The notes beneath the pieces are model-generated. The model made no database searches, was not told the origin of the DNA, and was given only the letters and a program-made list of their open reading frames with translations. Below are positions 1 through 12,700 of a stretch of DNA of 64,000 bases, in pieces. The stretch comes from Kudoa neothunni (lineage: Eukaryota; Animalia; Cnidaria). Each line of letters starts with the position of its first letter. Position 1 is the first letter of the stretch. Location of the stretch: assembly GCA_964304625.1 (NCBI GenBank), contig OZ199839.1, forward strand, positions 3,338,724-3,402,723. The letters run 5' to 3'. Both the position numbers and the translations under genes were made by a program.

Positions 1-1925
1 TTAAATTCAACTCTGGATTGGGGAGCGGGCGAATAATGAGATTTAAATTAATTTAATTTGACTGTTTAAAGTTGAATTTTTACTAAATATACCTCAGTAA
101 TTCCACTTCCCATCAATCCAGACCCGACAATTCCAATAGAACTAAATTTATATTTTATAAGATATAATATTATCTTCCAAAAGTATTAATTTTACTTTGT
201 TAAACTTTGAATGGCTCCATAGTCTTGATTTTTCAATTTACTCTTTGATTATTGTAAAAATACCCATCTCAAATATTACAATAATACTTGATTTTTATAG
301 ATTTCAAACATATTTTTGCTGGTTTTGGTCATTATTAAATCACCAAAGGCCTAATATAAATAAATAATTAAAAGATATTATACCGAATAAAAAAACCTCT
401 GATTCTATGGCATATTGTTTGGAGAGACTCAATGGATGAGTGAGAAATTTGCTGAAAACCTTAATGAGGATTTTTTAAAAAGAATTCAACAAAACTAATA
501 ATGTAACCTCTAAAATTTTAAATGGAGCCTCATATTGAGAATTCACGAAGAGATGTGCATATTGTTTTGCCAACCATATTCCAAGGTAATATTTCAACTT
601 TTTATAGTGTAACAATAGTGGATTTTTGTTGGTTTTATGGGCTGAATTCAGCGCATATTCAATAGCGACATTTTTTAATAGATCTAACGAAGCTATGGGC
701 GCAGATTTTAACCCCGGACCTACAGGCTCAACAACTCTATTTAGATAACCCATTTTTTGTGCTTTTGCTGGACTCTTCAAACACCCACAAACTATCATCA
801 TTATGGCACTTTTAAAGTCGATCTAAAGTCAAATAAGATGAGTTTCTTTGGAAGATTTTGGCACTTTATTGAAAGATTTCACACAACCTCCAGCGGCGGG
901 AATCAATCCAAGTCGTACTTCTGGGAAACCTATTTTGGTAGAATTGTAGTTCAACCCCACAGAGCCAGTGCAAGCCATCGCGAATTCAAGACCTCCTCCA
1001 AGGCAGTGGCCATTTATTGCGGCCACAATTGGCACATCGAAATTCTACACATGTATCGATTATTAGTCTTGACAATTCCACTTTTTTCTTTTGTGTAGAA
1101 TTAATTAATTATCATAACTATTTAATTAAACTTCAATATATTATTTCCTCAGCACACAATAGAATTTAATGTATAGTCTTAAAGATATCTGTGTATTGGT
1201 GAAACAAACCTGTAATTGTATGAGAATTTTTTGGGCATCCGATGAAAGTGCCTCCCCCTACAACTAAATTAAATATTATCAGCCGTTATACTGATCACTT
1301 CTTTGGATGAACTAACATTTTTTAGGATTCTAATTAAAAATTGAGTAATGATTTGATCAAAAATTGAATCTACTTAATATCAGCGCCAACACAAAAATTA
1401 TCTAAATTTTTTGACATAATAACAACCCCTTTAAGATCGGGGTATTGCAAGCTCAGTTTATCGATTGATGTCACTATAGATTGAAGGTTTTTCGAATTTA
1501 TCAAATTCATCTAGATAAATTATAAACAATTTTTATATTGTATAATTTTTGGGAATACCTTATTATTTGATGAACCGAATTTAATAATGCCGACTTCCCT
1601 TTCAATAGACGTTTCAATGGAAAAATCTGAGCTTTCCTTACTTACATTATCATTATTGTTATTGTTGTTGTTGTTATTATTATTATTATTATTCGCTTTT
1701 GAAATATCTACAGTTGAATATGAAATAATAAAATCAATCAATTTTTACTTGAAAAATATCGACGTTCTTCAAAACGATGTGACAAGTTGGAGCACATGGT
1801 TGATTTTTTGCTGCATCTGGAGGGGTGAACCATCCGCAAATATACTACCATAACATTAAGGGGGAATTGGCGGTAATTCTACCTAATGACCGTTTCATTG
1901 TTGCGCTAGCTGACGTTATCATCAT
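1..1925 (-). CDS. HADHA: Mitochondrial trifunctional enzyme subunit alpha (enoyl-CoA hydratase / 3-hydroxyacyl-CoA dehydrogenase), multi-exon, 3' part runs off the window
   Basis: Spliced exons give the crotonase motifs FCVGADI, PIVAAINGHCLGGGLEFAMAC and GFPEVRLGLIPAAGG, with both catalytic Glu present. YEAPFKILEV follows, then the Rossmann motif IGIVGSGLMGSGITE near 100-140. The N-terminus resembles a mitochondrial presequence ending RRYFS. The first exon boundary is uncertain. Confidence 0.9.
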
Positions 1926-2019
1926 AATTAGGAGGAAATTTTCGAAGCAAAATCAATTTTAATTCTGTGTGCGCGTGCGTGTTGTATTTTCGGAGCAATA
2001 TTAACAACACACGCTGCTA
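1926..2019. promoter_or_regulatory. 94-bp bidirectional promoter between HADHA and RBMX2 with a central NRF1-like element
   Basis: Divergent ATGs at 1925 and 2020. TGTGTGCGCGTGCGT lies at about 1966-1980, roughly equidistant from both. Confidence 0.7.
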
Positions 2020-2907
2020 ATGAACCCTCTAACGTATTTTTTTACATTTGACTTGTTGAAATTTTTCACAAAAATTTTTTTATTCTACAAAAAAGTAACA
2101 CACGAAATATATGCAAACTAAATGAGGATGAACTAAAAGCTGGCATTTTTGATCACAAAATCTCATGGCACTCTGATTACAGTCATTCAGCTTATATTTT
2201 TGTTGGTATCCAAACTTTATAAAGAGCCGTTTTGTTTTAATTTCAGTTAATAGGAGGTTTGCCTTATGAACTAACTGAAGGAGATATTATTTGTGTTTTT
2301 TCACAGTAAATATTATCTATTAATCAATTTGACTTTATTGTATTGTATTAAATTTTGTTTTCTCGTATATAGATACGGAGAAATCGTAAATATTCATTTG
2401 GTGAGAGACCAAAAAACCGGAAAATCTAAAGGTTTTGGTTTTGTTGCTTACGAAGATCAACGCAGCACCATTTTGGCTGTAGATAACCTTAATAGTATCA
2501 AAGTAGATGTGGTTAAGTGTTGATTTTGTATTGGATTTTTTAATTCGGTAGTTGGGTGGAAGAACAATTAGAGTTGATCATGTTTCCGATTTTAAACCTC
2601 CAAAATCCGGTGAAAAGGATAAATTTGGAAATCGACTACTTCTAACTCCTCGAAATTGCTCACGAGGCGCACCAACAACCTCTAATGAGACTGAGAGTAA
2701 TACCTCCAAAACTGCCTCACGCTCTGATAGAAATCGTGAGAGAATGAGGAGTCGATCACGTTCCAACGATAAATATCGAAAATCTTCTCCTCGACGCTCT
2801 AATCATTCCAGATCAAAGTATCGTTTAATTTACCACTTTTATTTGATGTATTAAATTTGCATTTTTATAGGTACTACGATAGAAGAAGGTCTAGAGATCG
2901 CCATTAG
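2020..2907 (+). CDS. RBMX2: RNA-binding motif protein X-linked 2 (Snu17/Ist3, RES complex), multi-exon
   Basis: Exons join to MNPLTN...[72 protein letters not shown]...RTIRVDHV, followed by an RS-rich tail. TAG at 2905-2907. Confidence 0.95.
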
Positions 2908-3769
2908 TGTGTTTTTGGGGAAACAATTTATCACGGGTTTAAATACACTCTTATTTTGTTTTTATAGCTTTGTAATGAATTTATTTGTTTGCATTAAGAA
3001 TGATCTCATAATGTGGATTTAATATTTTTTTCATTTTTATTCGTTTTAGGGGAGTCGGTTTAAACCGAAGTTGAATTTTAAGCACATTCGATATAATTTA
3101 GCTTTCTGATGAATCCAAAAAACTTCCCAATACGTGTTAAGTTTAAAACGATATTTTTTTATTTCATTCACTAAAAGAATATTTTTAAATTTAATTAAGG
3201 AATATTGAGAAAAATACCGGAAATTGCTTAAAATAATCTGTAATCATTTGTTTCCATGAGATTTAATTCCAAATCGTAATCTCTCGCAAATTCAAATTAT
3301 TGGTTTTAATCGTCTAACAAAGCGTTTTACTACTTTCAATTATTGCCTTGCTTTTTGAAAATAAAATAATTACTACTTACGTTAATTTTTCCCATCCTGG
3401 TGTCCGTCCTCGCACCGATTTCAAGGGGTTCCCGAGAAAGCTTTCTGATTTAAAAAATAAGTCTGGTAAATTTATGATATAACAAAATTAGTTTAATAAA
3501 ATAACTTAGATGACTGGTGAATCCAATTTTAACAATATTCATTCATTCATTCATTATAATTTGGTATTTTTTAATATTAGCGTAATTACTAAAAATGTCA
3601 AATATACTCTTGCGTTATTGTTTCTTATAAAGATTATTATTCGTTATAAAATTTACTTGTTTTTTTATTCATTTTGTAAAAAGGCCTGTAAAAATAACTG
3701 TTATTTAGTATTTTATCTGATGAAAACTAAAAATTTCCGATAAATATTTGTTGGTATTGCAGATTATGC

Positions 3770-4402
3770 GATTGGAATGATTACTCATTTTACATCAGTC
3801 CATTCTTGCGAAACCAGATATTCCACGCTGGTCACCATATAAACAAAGCCACGAAATAAATTGTGTCGCTCTCTCAAATACTTTGTCAAATTACCATGAG
3901 CTTATTGATATAAAACATCTACAAAAATCTCATTATATATTTTTTTGATATTTATTATTTATGTAATAATTCCTCCTTTTTTAACTTTTTATTTTAAAGC
4001 ATACAGTAATTAACGAAAATAAAGATTTTGTATTGCAAAAATGTTTGGTTTATTATTAAAGCGATTTTTAAAAATTTTATGCAGTTTACCTTAATACATG
4101 TAAGTATACATATTGATTCAATAAATTTCATTAAATATTTTATTATAATAAATTGTGCGCCACTTTCTACACTTTTTAGAGTTTTAATAATCCAAAAATA
4201 ATTGCCGGGAGGGATTTCAACGTCATGAATCTTTTTAAGACCAAAAACAATTTGTTTCTCAGTGATTAATAATTGGTAATATATATTTTAATTAAATTGG
4301 TGAAAATCGATGGATAATGCAAGTTAAAATACTTATACGTATGTTCGGATTATGTATAATACAAAACGGGGTCCACAAGCAAGAAAGGTTAAGAACCGTC
4401 GC
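3770..4402 (+). mobile_element. Decayed hAT (Buster/Charlie-like) remnant: C-terminal dimerisation fragment and right terminus
   Basis: About 3778-3865 translates to HFTSVHSCETRYSTLVTI*TKPRNKL, resembling the hAT motif F.TTYLCE.GFS.L..IKTKYRN.L. The sequence GGGGTCC...AAAGGTTAAGAACC at 4368-4398 looks like a hAT end. Left end not found. Confidence 0.55.
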
Positions 4403-4653
4403 TATAAGTAAACAACGCTCGAACTATAAATAAATGGCATATGGCGCAAATTAATTATAACTTTATACAGATATAATAAACTGCGCCAATACAAAATGTT
4501 ATTTGAATATTAATTAAAGATGAATTAATCCCCTAACATCATAATATTACTTTTACAACCAAGAAATCAAAAAAGAGCATATGGACAATCATAATAATAA
4601 CAACACCAGTAATTCAAAAAATATATAATTTTAATATTGTCAATAGGAATAAA

Positions 4654-6202
4654 CTAACAGTCAGCTAATCCCGAAGCTATTGGGTACTGAGACATAAGCT
4701 GACGACAACGATCTCTAATTTGATCAAGTTTAACTCGTGCCTCAGCAAATCTATCTAATTTCAATGCTTCCGCGGCAGGTAATGGTTTCACGTTTTCAGC
4801 CTCATATGCCTCAACAACGGTCCTTGCGATATTTAACGCCTCAATGATGATATTGCAGATTTTTTCAATGCCTACTTGGTCAACACCTCTAGAGGTAACC
4901 GCAGGAGTGCCAATTCTTATACAACTCGGTCTCAAAATACTAGTATCAGTGGAACACGCATTTTTGTTCACACTAACGTTAACATAGTTCAAATAATCTT
5001 CTGCATGATGACCATTGATTCCAAAAGAATTCTTTGTGTTTAATAAGATAATATGATTGTCGGTACCATTGGTGACCACTTCGCAGTTATTTCTCATGAA
5101 ATAATCAGCCATACAACGACTATTAGACAGCACCTAAAGAGATAAAAAGGAGATGTATGTATAGGTAGGCTTCAGAAACGTATTGTAACCGATAGAATAA
5201 ACGGTAGTATACCTGAGCAGCATAAGATCGAAATTCATCTGTGGCAACCTGTTTGAAACATGTGGCGACAGCGGCAATCACATTGTTGTGAGGTCCACCT
5301 TGAAGGCCAGGAAAAACTGCGGCGTCAATTTTCGAAGCAAATTCCTCCTTGGTTGGGCCGGGTTTGAGCGAATAGAAGATCACACCCGATCGAGGGCCAC
5401 GTAGCGTTTTATGGGTTGTTGTGGTGACGACATGAGCATGAGGGAAAGGTGATGGATAAACACCCCCGGCAATCAATCCTGCTACGTGAGCCATATCAAC
5501 CATCAAATACGCACCAATCATGTCGGCAATTTTTCTGAATCGAGCGAAATCCAAACGCCGTGAGTAACAACTGAATCCTGCAATAATGAGTGCGGGTCGC
5601 ACAGCAAGGGCCAATTTTTCCAACTCTTCGTAATCAATGAGACTGGTCTTTTTATTCAGGCGATATGGTATGGATTCCCAAAAAATAGAAGTGGCCGATA
5701 TTTTTCTTCGTGGTGTTTGAAAACCATGAGTCAAATGGCCACCATCTGGCAGATAAAGCCCCATAATTCTATCGTGTGGTTTCAGTAGTCCAGTGTAGAC
5801 AGCAAAATTGGCTGGCGAGCCTGAATATGGCTGAACATTGACACCCCATTCAGATTCATCCAACCTATTATAAATTAAAGCCACACCAATGGTGTGACCA
5901 GGCATGTTAGATAACGCAAGCTATCAACAATGATTCAACTACCCAAATGCATTCAAAGCTCGCTTTTTACATAATGTTTCAATTTTATCTATCACATCCG
6001 TTCCGCCGTAATATCTCTCGCCAACTTTCCCTTCGGAGTACTTGTTGGTCAGGCACGAGCCTAAACAGTCAAGCACTGCTTTGCTTGTGTAGTTTTCCGA
6101 TGCGATCAACTCGATGCCATCTTTTTGGCGCACGTACTCTTCTTTCAAAAGGTCGGACAGTTCACGATCATTTTCAACCAAATTAGCACATAAATCTACC
6201 AT
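4654..6202 (-). CDS. SHMT: Serine hydroxymethyltransferase, 3 exons, no evident mitochondrial presequence
   Basis: Motifs [44 protein letters not shown], the PLP-lysine motif [23 protein letters not shown] and [12 protein letters not shown]. Two short GT-AG introns at about 5868-5941 and 5136-5212. Confidence 0.97.
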
Positions 6203-6230
6203 CCTTTCGACGAAATCAACTCAGGATTAA

Positions 6231-6242
6231 TGGCGCGCGCCC
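6231..6242. promoter_or_regulatory. E2F-like GCGCGC element upstream of SHMT
   Basis: TGGCGCGCGCCC about 30 bp upstream of the SHMT ATG, in AT-rich sequence. Confidence 0.45.
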
Positions 6243-7191
6243 TAAGATTGTTGCAATCCTTGCGCTTATTACGATAAATCTCAAATATGTGACTTATTAA
6301 TGAAAATTTATGTTCGGTATTCTCACAACTTTTCACATACAATGATTCTTTAAAGATGATTTTTGTTCATAGAATTGTCGAACCTACCCAATGCGCATTA
6401 ATCTAAGAAACCACCCTCAACATAATCCCCTTCATCTATTGTTGATTTATTTGGTTGTTTGTTTGCTTTTATAATAGGAAATCCATTTAATTCTCAATAT
6501 TGTAAATATTACAATCTCATAACTTGTGGAAAAAATCTTATATTTTTTCTTTATAATTTATTATCGTGATTAATTCAACAATATAAATTTAAGGGCTAAC
6601 AATGGAATGTGACGTGTGGTCTCAATAAAGATAATCAGCGAGTGATCTAGAGGGGCGGTTGCAAACAAAAATAAATTAATGTTCTACTCGTGGGATAATT
6701 TTATATAATTAGCCACTCAAAAATATCCCCTCCCTGATTCTGTTTCATTCTATTGGTTTTATTTTAACTCCTAATAAAATACACAATTCAACAGAAAATT
6801 GTTCTTCGTAATCAACGACAACTAGTCATCTTTAATATAGCCTTGATTCGATCTAAATGAGAGAATGCTAGAATCCATATTAATTATTCAACCCCTAGTG
6901 TAGTTTCTCAATTAATTATCCGATAATCTTTGCAAAGCTATGAACAAACATAAAATATAAAGTGTCACTTTATTAAATCTAGTACGAAAAATAATTTTAA
7001 ATTAAGAAAGTAAAATATTACAACAACTTGGTTGTAATATGAAACACCTGATTATTTACACAAAAATGAGAATTCATCAAAATTCAGTTTCTTAGAATTT
7101 CTAAATATTCCATGGTGTTCATTCTTCTTTTATTAAATTTTAATTAGTTTCATTTACCAATATAGGTTTAAGCATTATAACCACAACGAAT

Positions 7192-7425
7192 TTATGGAGT
7201 AAATTCTTTCGCATTATTTCGGCTGGACCTGTAGGTGTGTCGATGAGATCCTCGCGGTTTAATTTTACCATAATGACTATTTTGTGGAAAGAAATAATTT
7301 TTCAATAAGCCTCTAACTGAATGATTTGTAAATTCATTAGCATCTTCTTCAATATATAAAAAAAGGGGAGATGATGCATTTTCGTGTATTCGTTCGTGTT
7401 CGTATTTACACGAATAAAAAGTCAT
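7192..7425 (-). CDS. Putative first exon(s) of an unidentified gene
   Basis: 77-aa ORF whose ATG is 7 bp from a perfect E2F-like palindrome. It contains a plausible 40-bp GT-AG intron (about 7230-7269) that continues in frame as GPAEIMRKNLLHKFVV. No homology recognised. Confidence 0.3.
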   Translation of the reverse strand: MTFYSCKYEHERIHENASSPLFLYIEEDANEFTNHSVRGLLKNYFFPQNSHYGKIKPRGSHRHTYRSSRNNAKEFTP

Positions 7426-7432
7426 GTCCTAA

Positions 7433-7446
7433 TTTTCGCGCGAAAA
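7433..7446. promoter_or_regulatory. Perfect palindromic E2F-type site TTTTCGCGCGAAAA
   Basis: 14-bp perfect palindrome matching TTTSSCGC on both strands. Confidence 0.55.
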
Positions 7447-7914
7447 ATGAACAAAATTTGTTTTAACTATAAATTTCCGATACGAATCATTGACTAACCC
7501 ATATTAAATGATTTCGTATTGATCTGTTCAATTTTTGAGATAGATAAATCAATAATTTGAGAAAATAATAAAAAATATTTTGTTATTTACATTATGAAAC
7601 TGTATTATTAATAGTTTTTCTCATTTCGGACCGTATATCATATCTTAGTTTCTTTATTTGATTCTATGTTTATATACTTAATATCACAGGTTCTAAAAAT
7701 TGTGGATATAGTGAAAAAGCGAAATGCGTCATATTAAGGGATTGAAACGTCAAAATAGCATGATGTACTATGAGTAGAAACTTGAAGTGTTTGTTATTGC
7801 ATAATTAATGAGTTTCTACTTCAACCAAATTATTTATCATGTGTTTATTTTGTTTAAAGTAGGAAAAATAAAACTAAACCACCAGAGTAAGTTTTAATAT
7901 TGATGTAAATTAGA

Positions 7915-8095
7915 ATCTGCGATGTAACTTATCATGGTTGTTGAGTTGTCGATTGTCATTCGCATATTTATATCTAAAAGGTTAATTGCATTTTGTGCAA
8001 ACAATAGAGTCAATTTTGGAGGTTTCGTCTCCATCTATAGTAAATATGGATTGAGAATTGCCCCAACCTAATGCTAGACTTCTTCCGTGAATATA
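7915..8095 (-). mobile_element. Degenerate BED zinc-finger fragment, probably a transposase remnant
   Basis: The minus strand reads GWGNSQSIFTIDGDETSKIDSIVCTKCN*PFRYKYANDNRQLNNHDKLH (W...CxxC...HxxxH) with an internal stop. Confidence 0.35.
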
Positions 8096-8982
8096 AAATA
8101 AAATTTTTAAACCTTTTTTCACATTATCAATATTCCAAGAGAACATCTCAAATAGGAATCTAAAACACTGAACATAAAATTACTAAAACATAATTTTGAT
8201 CACAATTTTGTAGTTCGTAAAATTAACATTACTAAAAAATGAATATATGAAAATTTGATTTGTGCAAAATTTTTTTTCAAATTAAAAACACGATTAATTG
8301 AGAAAAGTTCATTATAAATTCACAATAAAAACATTAATGATACAAATTTAAACGATAAACAATTTTAACTTTTTTAACTGCAAATAAATTAAATCATAAA
8401 CTAAGTGTTTTTCGTATTTAAAAAGTTTTTAATTGATTTATAAAAAATGACCGAGAAGATAAATTATAATAACATTTGTAAAGTTGATCAAAATAATTGA
8501 GTCGTATAATTTTGAACAAGAAACAATACTAAAAATGTTTTTAACAATCATACTTAACCTACAAATATATGTATGTACGGTGGAGTGAGTATATTGGTTT
8601 TTGGAAATATAACGAAGATTCACATGTGCCGACGGTTTTGTATTCGGGATTTGGTAGCAAAATAAGAAGTTATCATTATTAGCTGAATCCATGAAGATGA
8701 TATTACTTTATTTCATTAAGAACAATATTTTAATAAACATTTGCTGACTTAAATTCTTTGACTTTAAAAATCAGCATATATTTTGGGTAATTTAATTCAA
8801 ACATTCATTATAAACGAAGTAGGGCTTAAGTTAATGAAGTCCCAGACGTTAGTTCGATCCGGTGACTTAATGCATATAATCCTCAAGATGGTATTAATAA
8901 TCGTTTCGATTTTAAAATCCGTAAACTCAAAGTGTGAGAGTGACACCAAAACGGAGTAATAATAAAGTTCGTGGATATACAT

Positions 8983-9545
8983 CAGGGGTCGGCCACGAGG
9001 GGACGGGATAAAAGTTAAAATTAAATTGTTTTTCTTATTGTACAGTATTTTTAGAATTTTTCCAATTGTTAATATCGATCTTTTCAGAACATAAAGAAGC
9101 TTAATAGAAATATAAACTAAGTTAATTAAACACAAGCCGCTTTTTCTAAATAAAAACGCGTAAAAACCAAAAAAAGATTAAAACATTCCCTCAAACAAAT
9201 TTCTTATTTATTTTTACTGATTGTGTGATACCTAATTTTATTGTGACGAACGAAAAGGTTGAACTATTGTTCTTTACGGTTTCGAGCCATCATATAAGTA
9301 CTTAAAATTTTAAATTCAATATCAATAAAATCAAACAAATATCAAATAAAAAACTGTGTGAAACAAGCCATTTCCTCGTAAAAAAATTGAACGTTCGTAA
9401 TATTTTTCTCGCATTGCAATGAAAACATATTCTTTGAAATAGCATCATTTAAATTCTCAATTTTATTCTGAAAAATTCATTACACCTAAAGAACTTAATA
9501 TATTCTGACCTGCCTTCTAGCTTAGCATGACTGTCCGGACCCCTG
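8983..9545. mobile_element. Non-autonomous hAT element (MITE)
   Basis: TIRs CAGGGGTCGGCCA / TGTCCGGACCCCTG. 8-bp TSD ATATACAT (8975-8982) / ATATACAC (9546-9553). Confidence 0.8.
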
Positions 9546-9799
9546 ATATACACGAACGAATCTGAACGAATAAAATTTTCATTCTTAAAAATGCATTATC
9601 TGCTAAAAATGATCTTATGCAGTACGTTATTTACAGCCACTTGTTTTAATACACCTACAATAACGTTTTCCATCCTGTGATTTTCACTCTTCAATATAAA
9701 ATCCAAAATATTAAAATTTTTGAAGAAACACTTCCTAAATTATAAAATAAACGCAGCGGTTAAAATGTAAATGGATAGCCGCGCGCAGGTCTACGAAAA

Positions 9800-12700
9800 A
9801 TGGCGGTAGAGTTTTTGATTCCGTTGCACCGTTCGGATTTGAAAGTAGACAAAAAATCCGAACACGAGTTTAGGAAATGTGAAAATTTGATAGTAGCAAT
9901 ATCAAAAGGTGTGGTCACAGTTTTGTGCACATATAAAATCATATTGGTGTAACATAGAATTGGAAACAAGTTTTAGAGAGGGATCCAAATCGATAATTAA
10001 TCAATTTGAGAAATGTTGCTATATAATAATGTGAGTGATTATATTGTTAAATAGAAATTAACTTTCTGTTATTTGATAGGTATATAAATGAGTTCAACAA
10101 CAGGGATTTGGCTAAATTGGTGTCAACACTCACTACAAGTACATTTTGTGAGTGATTTAAAAATTATTTACAATAAAATTAGTATTGATGCAAGAAAAAA
10201 GTCTTCTAGAGACAAATTTGAATAGTGTTGGTGGTTCACATGAGAAGAAATCTCGACGAAATAGTCTCAAAGTATTAAAGTTGGTGTGTTTGATATGGTT
10301 GTTGAGAATTTTCGTAAAATAGATGGTTTGTTTTGCGGCCTGTAGTATTATTGAGGAGTTGATATCGATGGAAGATTCGTCCGCGAAAAAGGGGAAAAAA
10401 TTTGAATCAACGACGAACAACAAAAAAGGGTGCAAAATCCCACACATCCGAACCAACAGCTGACGATTACACTGGTCTTTTGGAGCGATTTATTGGCGCA
10501 CTAATTAAGCTGTTCGAATCCAATGTGCATTATTTGTGGGAACCACCAGTGATAGATGATGAGTTTTTCAGGTTGATATTTGTTTTCAACCGTTTCACCA
10601 CACACTTCTAATCGTTCTTTTAAACTATAGGTTGTTGATTAATCATTGTTTTAAACTAACAGAGACAGTCGGTTATTGTAAAAACAAAAGTCTTCTCAAG
10701 TCTGTTGCCAATTTGTTGGCTTTATTCATTGAAAACCACAATACTAAGCTGAGTAATTTTAGCCCATCTTAATAATCAATAGTCAGTATGAATGTGAACT
10801 CGCTGTTTTATGTATTTGTAGGTGTGGCGTTAAAAATCGTAAAAAACTTACAAACATTTGAACACCTATCGTTGCCATACGCCCAGCTGGTGGATATATT
10901 TGTTCGCGAATTTAAAATTGACAGTTTTTTGTTGCATCTTTTCAAGTAATAGTCAAATTAATCCACGTGTGTAACTAGGTTAATCTTTATTAACTACAGA
11001 GAAATCAGCCAAATTGATGCTGATTGTGGCGGTAGTGGCGAAATTATTGGAGCCAAGTCTATATCTGATTTTCTGACAAATGTTGTGGTGTTTGTACCGA
11101 ATGCCGTTCATCAATATGTCTCCATATTGATCCCATTCTTGGAGAAGGATGTATGTTATTGATAGATTTATCTAATAGTTGGTTTATTTGTTATAAACTA
11201 GCCGTACTGTTTGAGAAACGCGGTTCTCGATTGTCTCTACACTATCGTCACCGAAGTGCTGACTAACGAAGACAACGAATCCCACAAAGTGACAAGGCTT
11301 AGTTTTTTGAAAAAACTTCAGGTAATCTATGTTAATTTAGTTGAATTGATTAATTTAATTAATTATTAACTTTTTAGGATCACATAATTGATGTGAATGC
11401 TTTCGTTAGAAGCCACACTTTAAAACTGTGGTCAAATTTAGCTGTCAAACAGGTATTTATTGTCTGTTGAATATGAGCGTGTATAATTGGCATAAGTTGT
11501 GAATGCATTAACAAAACCTCAATTAACTCCTTGATTTCGATATAATTGGAGCTATCGTTATTAGACTAAAACTCGTATTAACCTATTTTAACCCAATGGC
11601 CCATTTTATTGAATTTTTGGGCGTTCGTTTATTAGAATAAATTAACGCGCCAAAAATTAAACAGACTTGAATAGATTTTGTTGATACATTTTTTATCTGA
11701 TTAAAAACTTTATATATTACCTAATGTATTGTCGTATAAAATGCTCGGGTTTAATATAATGTAAATTTGAAAATATTTGCGTATGGTATTATTACGATTA
11801 TTGAACTTTAGTAGAAAAACTCGTATATACAATGATATTTTTGATAAAGTTGTTATTGAACCCTAAATTTTAATCATAAATAATTTATTTGTTGGAATCT
11901 GATATTGTTAGTTATTTTTGAGTTTATTGGCGTAAGAATGAACCAAAAACAATGAGATATGGTCAAAGGTACACAAGAGATTAAATTATTTCTGGGTCCT
12001 AATAGCGAAACGAGGGTCAGAAAAAACTAAATATACCCTAAACTAGCGATACATGAATCCTGAATATTATATTAATTATGTACCGTCCAAAAAGTCACTT
12101 TCTTGGTTAATATTATATGGGCGCGAAACGTCAAATAACTTGAAGCCTTCTTGCGAAATGCCGATTAAAGTCAGAATTAAAATAATTAAGTACTATTGGT
12201 AACTAAATGAAAATTCAAATCGATTATCTAAGAAACTAAAAGTATTATGTGTGTTGGTGTGAAGCAATTGATTGACGTGAATGCGGATTTTATGTTTTTA
12301 ATATTTGACTTCTTTTTAAAGCTACAAATGTATCTGAAAAGTATGAAAATCATTAGATTACGCTTCAAGCTTATTATATTTTGATGACTTTGTTTATTTG
12401 GCTTCACGTTGGGTGCGATGTGTTTAGTATTTTTTGAGTTAATTCAGTCCAAATTCTGAAAGTGTCTGTGTAGTTTGTTAAAGAAATTTAATAATTTGTG
12501 TGTAATTTCAATAACATTAACTATTACTGGGATAACGGTGCGCTCTTATTTTTGATAATTGATAAACTGCGGTAGATTCAAACAAATCAACTATACATGA
12601 AATTTGTAAGTAGGCGTTTTTCGGATAAAAAATTAGAAAGGACGCTTGCGCCAAATCTACGTCATTAATTTAAAATATTCGACCCAATAAACACAGTTTA

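Noticed and set aside
1587-1853. Poly-Leu ORF on the plus strand
   Set aside because: Antisense reading of the HADHA poly-Asn repeat.
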